From assembly GCA_963702435.1 (NCBI GenBank), contig CAVPCR010000001.1, positions 1,120,001 to 1,184,000 of the forward strand: 64,000 nt of DNA. Reading direction: 5' to 3'. The translations under genes were made by a program, and so were the position numbers. Below the pieces are notes generated by a model that saw only the letters and a program-made list of their open reading frames with translations, did no database searches and was not told where the DNA came from. This stretch comes from Candidatus Eiseniibacteriota bacterium. GTDB taxonomy: Bacteria > Eisenbacteria > RBG-16-71-46 > CAVPCR01. Shown here one piece after another: positions 59,466 to 64,000 of this stretch; the first letter of the stretch is position 1; each line of letters opens with the position of its first letter.

Positions 59466-60322
59466 CCACCACCATGCAGAATGTCGAGCGCCCGTTGACC
59501 CAAGAGGTGCGGGATCTTGCCCTCAGCGGAGAGGTTGTCCTGCCACCGCTTCCAGAAGTGGCTCACCGCGTGATCGAGCTGCTCAGCGACCTCTCCAAGG
59601 CGGACTATCGCATGGTCGCTGACGTTCTCCACTCCGATCCAGCGATCACCGCAGTCCTCCTGCGGATGGCGAACTCGGCGTTCTTTGGCGGACTCCAGCC
59701 GATCAGCGATCCGGGGCAGGCCCTGGCGCGTCTGGGCGTGAAGCGAGTGGTATCCCTGGTGACAACCTTGGCCACCAAGGGGCAGTTCGAGATCGTCGAC
59801 CCGTTCAAGACCGACCTGTTGCGCGGGCTGTGGACCCACTCGGTGGGCTCCGGGCTGGCCGCCCGGCGCCTGGCTGGGCTCACCGGCGGCGACGCCGAGG
59901 AGTCCTACCTCGCTGGGCTGCTGCACGACATCGGCAAGCTCCTGGCCCTGAAGACCATGGATCACCTGTCGCAGCGCCGTCCCGAGATCGAACTGAGCCC
60001 GATCATCATGAGCGAGGTGCTGCAAGCGTGCCATGCGGAGCTGGGCCACCGGGTGCTGACGGATTGGCACCTTCCGTCTTCCATCTGCCAGGCGGTGCTG
60101 GTGCACCACGATGACACCGGTACGATCAGGGACGGTCTCGCGATGCGGGTCCAGGCCGCGGACGCGATAACGCGCAAGATCGGCGCGCATCCGAAACCCG
60201 ACCCCAACCTCGTCCTGGAGGATCTGCCGGCCATTGAACGGCTCGGGCTTTCCGATCTCGAGCTCGCCGCCCTGATGGTCGATCTGGAGGACGAGATCGC
60301 GAATCTGCAGCGCCTGCTCTAG
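59462..60322 (+). CDS. HDOD domain protein
   Basis: LPPLPEVA, DPAITAVLLRMANSA, LWTHS, AGLLHDIGK, HAELG...WHLP. Confidence 0.9.
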   Translation: MTTTMQNVERPLTQEVRDLALSGEVVLPPLPEVAHRVIELLSDLSKADYRMVADVLHSDPAITAVLLRMANSAFFGGLQPISDPGQALARLGVKRVVSLVTTLATKGQFEIVDPFKTDLLRGLWTHSVGSGLAARRLAGLTGGDAEESYLAGLLHDIGKLLALKTMDHLSQRRPEIELSPIIMSEVLQACHAELGHRVLTDWHLPSSICQAVLVHHDDTGTIRDGLAMRVQAADAITRKIGAHPKPDPNLVLEDLPAIERLGLSDLELAALMVDLEDEIANLQRLL

Positions 60323-60362
60323 TCAGCACGCGGCGGCGCACTCCCTTCACGGAAACGAGACG

Positions 60363-61741
60363 CTACACCTCGCCGGCCGGCTCGGGCCCGGGCCCGGCCA
60401 CCAAGCCGCGCGCTGCGGCGCGCCCCGCCACCGTGCCGCTCGACCACGCCCACTGGAAGTTGAATCCGCCGAGCCGCCCCTCGACATCGAGGATCTCGCC
60501 GCACAGATAGACGCCGGCGCAGCAGCGGGACTCGAGGGTCGATGGGTTCACCTCGGCGAGCGCGACGCCGCCGGCGGTCACCTCGGCCTTCTCGAAGCCG
60601 AGCGTGCCGCTGACCGGGAGCGGCCGCGCGAGGACGAGCGCGAGGAGCCGGGCGCGCATCGCGCGCGGCACCTGGGCCAGGGGCGTCGCCGCATCGAGAC
60701 CGGCCTCGGCGCAGAGTGCGGTGGCGAGCCGCTCGGGGAGCCGTGCCGCGAGATGCCGGCGTACGGTGAGGCGGGGCGCCCGGGCTTTGGCCAGCCACTC
60801 AGCCTCGATCTCGGCCCGCGTCCGCCCGGGCGCGAGGCTCATCGTCACCAGGACGTCCGCCCGCCCCTGCGCCCTGAGCCAGTGCCGCGAAAGATCGAGC
60901 GCGACGGGCCCCGAGTAGCCGAAGTGGGTGAATAGGAGCGATCCCTGCGCCCGCCACGCGACGCGGCCTGCGCACCACAGGGAGAGCTCGGCCTCGACGG
61001 CGAGTCCCTGCAGGGCAGCGCACAGCGGATCGGGGGAGGCGAGCGGCGTGAGCGCCGGCACCGGCGGCACGAGCGTGTGGCCGAGCGACTGCGCGAGCGC
61101 GTAGCCCGTGCCGTCGCTCCCGGTGCGGGGGAAGGAGAGCCCGCCGGCGGCGAGGACGATCGCAGATGCGATGACCCACTCGTCCGGCTCGGCGGCGGGA
61201 AGCGGCCACCCGAGGCGACCGGCCTCGGCCACCTCGCCGCCGAGATCGGCGCTTGCCCGCACGCGCTGGATCCCGAGCCGGAAACGCGCCGCGTCCCCCC
61301 GCCGCCGGTGCTCCTCCGCTCGATCCGGATCACGCGCGCACCGCGCCGCACCTCGACGCCGGCGCGCACGCCGGCGCCAAGGAGCGCATCGAGCACGGTC
61401 CGTGCTTCGTCACTCACCGGAAACAGCTTTCCCGTGTCCTCGACCTTGAGCGCCACTCCGAGATCGCGCTCGAACCAGGTGCGCGTCTCCTCGGCACCGA
61501 AGGCGCGCAGGATGCGCGCCACCACCCGCTGCGAACCGCCGCAGAAATCACGCTCACTGACCGCGCGATGCGTCACGTTGCAGCGAGTGCCGCCCGACAT
61601 GAGGATCTTGAGACCGATCTCGGGGTGCGCATTGAGGAGAACAACGCGCGCCCCGCTCTGCGCGGCGCGGATCGCAGCGGTCAGGCCGGCGGCGCCGGCG
61701 CCGACGACGGCGACAACGGCGGTGGTACGCGGACGCATCAT
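60363..61741 (-). CDS. HI0933/BaiN-family (aminoacetone oxidase-like) flavoprotein; frameshift near 61295-61300
   Basis: GAGAAG, GLKILMSGGTRCNVT, GKLFP in one frame; AGGLSFPRTGSDGTGY, LFTHFGYSGP, VTAGGV, GEILDVEGRLGGFNFQWAWSSG in another; junction at a C6/G6 run. Confidence 0.9.
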
Positions 61742-61787
61742 GGGGGCAAGGGTAGCGGATCGCGGGCGGCGGGGCGGCGGCAGGAAA

Positions 61788-61828
61788 GCAAGGCCCCGGC
61801 GACCAGCGGGTCCGCCGGGGCTCCTTGC
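61788..61828 (-). terminator. Long hairpin downstream of the 61891-63996 gene
   Basis: GCAAGG-CCCCGGCG...CGCCGGGG-CT-CCTTGC, followed by TTT on the minus strand. Confidence 0.55.
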
Positions 61829-61849
61829 TGCCGGGACAGGGAAACGGCG

Positions 61850-61903
61850 CTACCTGACGAGCGCCGTAGTTACTTGACGAGTTGCGGCACTCACTTGACG
61901 AGC
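61850..61903 (-). repeat. Triple direct repeat of the gene's last codons plus stop
   Basis: Minus strand CTCGTCAAGTGA / CTCGTCAAGTAA / CTCGTCAGGTAG, spaced 21 and 20 bp. Confidence 0.85.
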
Positions 61904-63996
61904 ACCATCGGCTGCACGGCCACGGTCCCGCCGGCGCTCAGGCGGGCGTAGAAGACACCGGCCGGCACGCTCATGCCTTGAGCGTCCTTGCCGTCCCAGG
62001 CCACCTCCTGGGTGCCCGCGGGCAGGTCGCCCTCGCGCAGGGTGCGCACGAGGCGTCCCGCCGCATCATAGACGTCGAGGCGAGCGGACATCCCCGCGGC
62101 CAGCTCGACCGGGATCACCACCGAGCGCGAGAAGGGATTCGGCCGCGTCGGCATGAGCTGGACCCGGGACGTCGGCGGCGCGCCGGCGACGCCGAGAACC
62201 GTGTTCTGCGGACCGGTCGTGGCCGCAGCCACCTCGGTGCCGGTCCCCGGCCGGAAGAGGCCGAGCGTCGCGTCGAGCGCGGCCGGCGGCGCCTCGGCGT
62301 CGAAGCGGAAGTTGAACATGTAGCCGAACACGAGCGCGTGCGCATTCGGATTCTGGTCGAAGGTCTCGGTGCTCCAGGTGAGCGTCGAACCGTCGAGGGT
62401 GACCTGCCAGTCGTTGCCGGCATCGGCGTCGTTGTCATGGAAGCCGAGGTTCGTGATGCCGGGAACCCCGACCACCGGCAGCCTGAAGGAACGGATCTCA
62501 CGGTCCGAGTCCTTGTTGAGAAGCGCGTACTCGTAATGCCAGGCGCCGTTGCCGAGGTCGGTCACCCGCACGGCAAGCAGGACCTCGCCGTCGCCGGCGG
62601 CCGCATTGACCGTAGTCTGCTGATCACCCCACCGCCCGAGGGCCGGCCCCTCGAGCAGCGCGTTGTTCAAGGAGGGCGTCGTGAAGCTCCACACGCTCCC
62701 GCTCCAGCCCATGGTGCAACGGCGGGATCCCCAGTTGTTCATCCGGCTTCCGTCGTCGCGCACCACGTAGTAGGCCTCGTAGTAGTACTCCGCTCCCGCG
62801 TTGCCAAGATCGGCGTCCTGGACCACGAGCCGGTGATCGACCGGGCCGTGGCCGCTCGAGCCATGCCGGCGCACGCAGTCGGGCTGGCCGCCCGAGAAGT
62901 GCGATCCGGTGCACTCCCAGGTGCCGAGGTAGGGATCGACCTCGTTGCGCGGGCCGAGGTAGTTGCGGTCCGAGTTGTTGCCCGGCCCATACGTGTCCGA
63001 GCAGCCGACCCCGAGGAAGGTGCCGTTCGAGGGATGCTGGCAGGCAGTGCACTGGCTGTTCGACAGCGCATAGAACCCGTGCTTCATCCACGACACGCCG
63101 ATCTGCTCGAAGCGTCCGTCCTTGAGCCGGTAGAGCGCCATGTGGATGAGCGGATGATCCTCCTGCATGGGAGCGAGCCACGGCACGTCGACCGTGCCCA
63201 CGTTGCAGCTCGTCGTGGCCATGGTCAGGCCGGTCACCCCGTTCGGATAGGTGCCCTCGCGCCCGGCCTGCTGGATCGCGTCGAGGATCCCGAGCTTCAC
63301 ATCGGGCTGGCTCGAATCGAAGTCGGGCACGTAGGGCGCGGGCTCGATGCCATGGGCGGCCACGAGGTCGACCTGGGCCACTACCTCGGCCAGGCCCACG
63401 AACCACCCGGCGAGGTCGGGACGGCCGATGCGCTCGGCCCACGGCTTGCTCACGCGGGCATTCAGGTAATGGATGTAGAGCAGACGCGCGTCCCGGTCGA
63501 AGTGGAACATCGAGTCGTGCATCTCGAAGACGAGGGGCTGGTCGGCCCCCGCCGCGCGCAGGTAGAGCGAGGGGAGGACGGCGCGATCATCGGGCGAGTA
63601 CGACTGCGGATCGATGTACGCGATCTCCGGCGCATCGATCACCTCGCGCTCGCCGGTCGCCGTGTTGACCATGGTGAAGGCGCCGCGCAGGCGGATGGCA
63701 CCGCCGTCGATCCCGCCCGGCACCGGAACGCCGGCCAGGGTGCGGAACTCGAGGTCGGAGCTCCCGTCGATGGCGAAGGTCCAGTTGGGGTGCTCCATCG
63801 GCTTGACCGATTCCCTGGACAGGGCACCGCTGACATCGGTGATCTCGATGCCGAGGTCCTTGAGCAGGTGGGTATTGAAGTGAATCGACGTGTCGCCCGC
63901 CCGCACGGCCCAGATCTCTTCCGCTGCCGCTTGACCGCCGGACAGGGCCAGGACGCCCAGGACAAACGCCAGGAGCGCCGGAACGACTTTCAGCAT
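61891..63996 (-). CDS. Large secreted Cys-containing protein of unknown function with C-terminal FlgD-Ig-like domain
   Basis: Signal peptide; TTSCNVG...HPLIHMALYR...FEQIGVSWMKHGF...GCSDTY; C-terminal PNPF...VYDAAGRLVRTL...WDGKD...GVFYARL...VLVK. Confidence 0.8.
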   Translation of the reverse strand: MLKVVPALLAFVLGVLALSGGQAAAEEIWAVRAGDTSIHFNTHLLKDLGIEITDVSGALSRESVKPMEHPNWTFAIDGSSDLEFRTLAGVPVPGGIDGGAIRLRGAFTMVNTATGEREVIDAPEIAYIDPQSYSPDDRAVLPSLYLRAAGADQPLVFEMHDSMFHFDRDARLLYIHYLNARVSKPWAERIGRPDLAGWFVGLAEVVAQVDLVAAHGIEPAPYVPDFDSSQPDVKLGILDAIQQAGREGTYPNGVTGLTMATTSCNVGTVDVPWLAPMQEDHPLIHMALYRLKDGRFEQIGVSWMKHGFYALSNSQCTACQHPSNGTFLGVGCSDTYGPGNNSDRNYLGPRNEVDPYLGTWECTGSHFSGGQPDCVRRHGSSGHGPVDHRLVVQDADLGNAGAEYYYEAYYVVRDDGSRMNNWGSRRCTMGWSGSVWSFTTPSLNNALLEGPALGRWGDQQTTVNAAAGDGEVLLAVRVTDLGNGAWHYEYALLNKDSDREIRSFRLPVVGVPGITNLGFHDNDADAGNDWQVTLDGSTLTWSTETFDQNPNAHALVFGYMFNFRFDAEAPPAALDATLGLFRPGTGTEVAAATTGPQNTVLGVAGAPPTSRVQLMPTRPNPFSRSVVIPVELAAGMSARLDVYDAAGRLVRTLREGDLPAGTQEVAWDGKDAQGMSVPAGVFYARLSAGGTVAVQPMVLVK

Positions 63997-64000
63997 CGAA

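Noticed and set aside
61290..61305. Programmed frameshift or phase variation in the flavoprotein
   Set aside because: A G6 run is short for phase variation, and the window has several other indels pointing to consensus error.

Overview
High-GC bacterial window. Two secreted proteins with C-terminal FlgD-Ig-like domains suggest, by inference only, an FCB-group candidate lineage such as Eisenbacteria, Krumholzibacteria or Latescibacteria. Left flank (1-14.1 kb): hflX 3' end, two amidohydrolases, two unrelated intergenic tandem-repeat arrays, a PQQ/sugar dehydrogenase, two c-type cytochromes, a small secreted protein and a pseudokinase-ATPase-TPR-Fis regulator. The core (~14.5-60.3 kb) is a ~46 kb motility locus with a near-complete flagellum (basal body, export gate, C-ring, hook, MotAB, FlhF, FliA/FlgM, sigma-54 activator). 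It has an alphaproteobacterial-style filament module (short flagellin + FlbT + FlaF; no fliD, fliS, flhG, or cheA/W/R/B/MCP genes in the window) and a putative flagellin-modification operon. At both ends sit type IV pilus-family ATPases (pseudo-PilB, PilT, PilU; PilB + HDOD) with no pilin or assembly genes, each group behind a sigma-28-like promoter. A putative regulatory cascade can be read from the DNA: sigma-70-like promoter for the activator, sigma-54 -24/-12 promoters with a shared palindromic enhancer, and sigma-28 promoters. Right flank: an HI0933-family flavoprotein and a large secreted FlgD-Ig protein whose stop region is triplicated. Six single-base frameshifts (two in flhA) are most simply explained as sequencing errors. 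All family assignments come from motif recognition by eye; no database searches were run.
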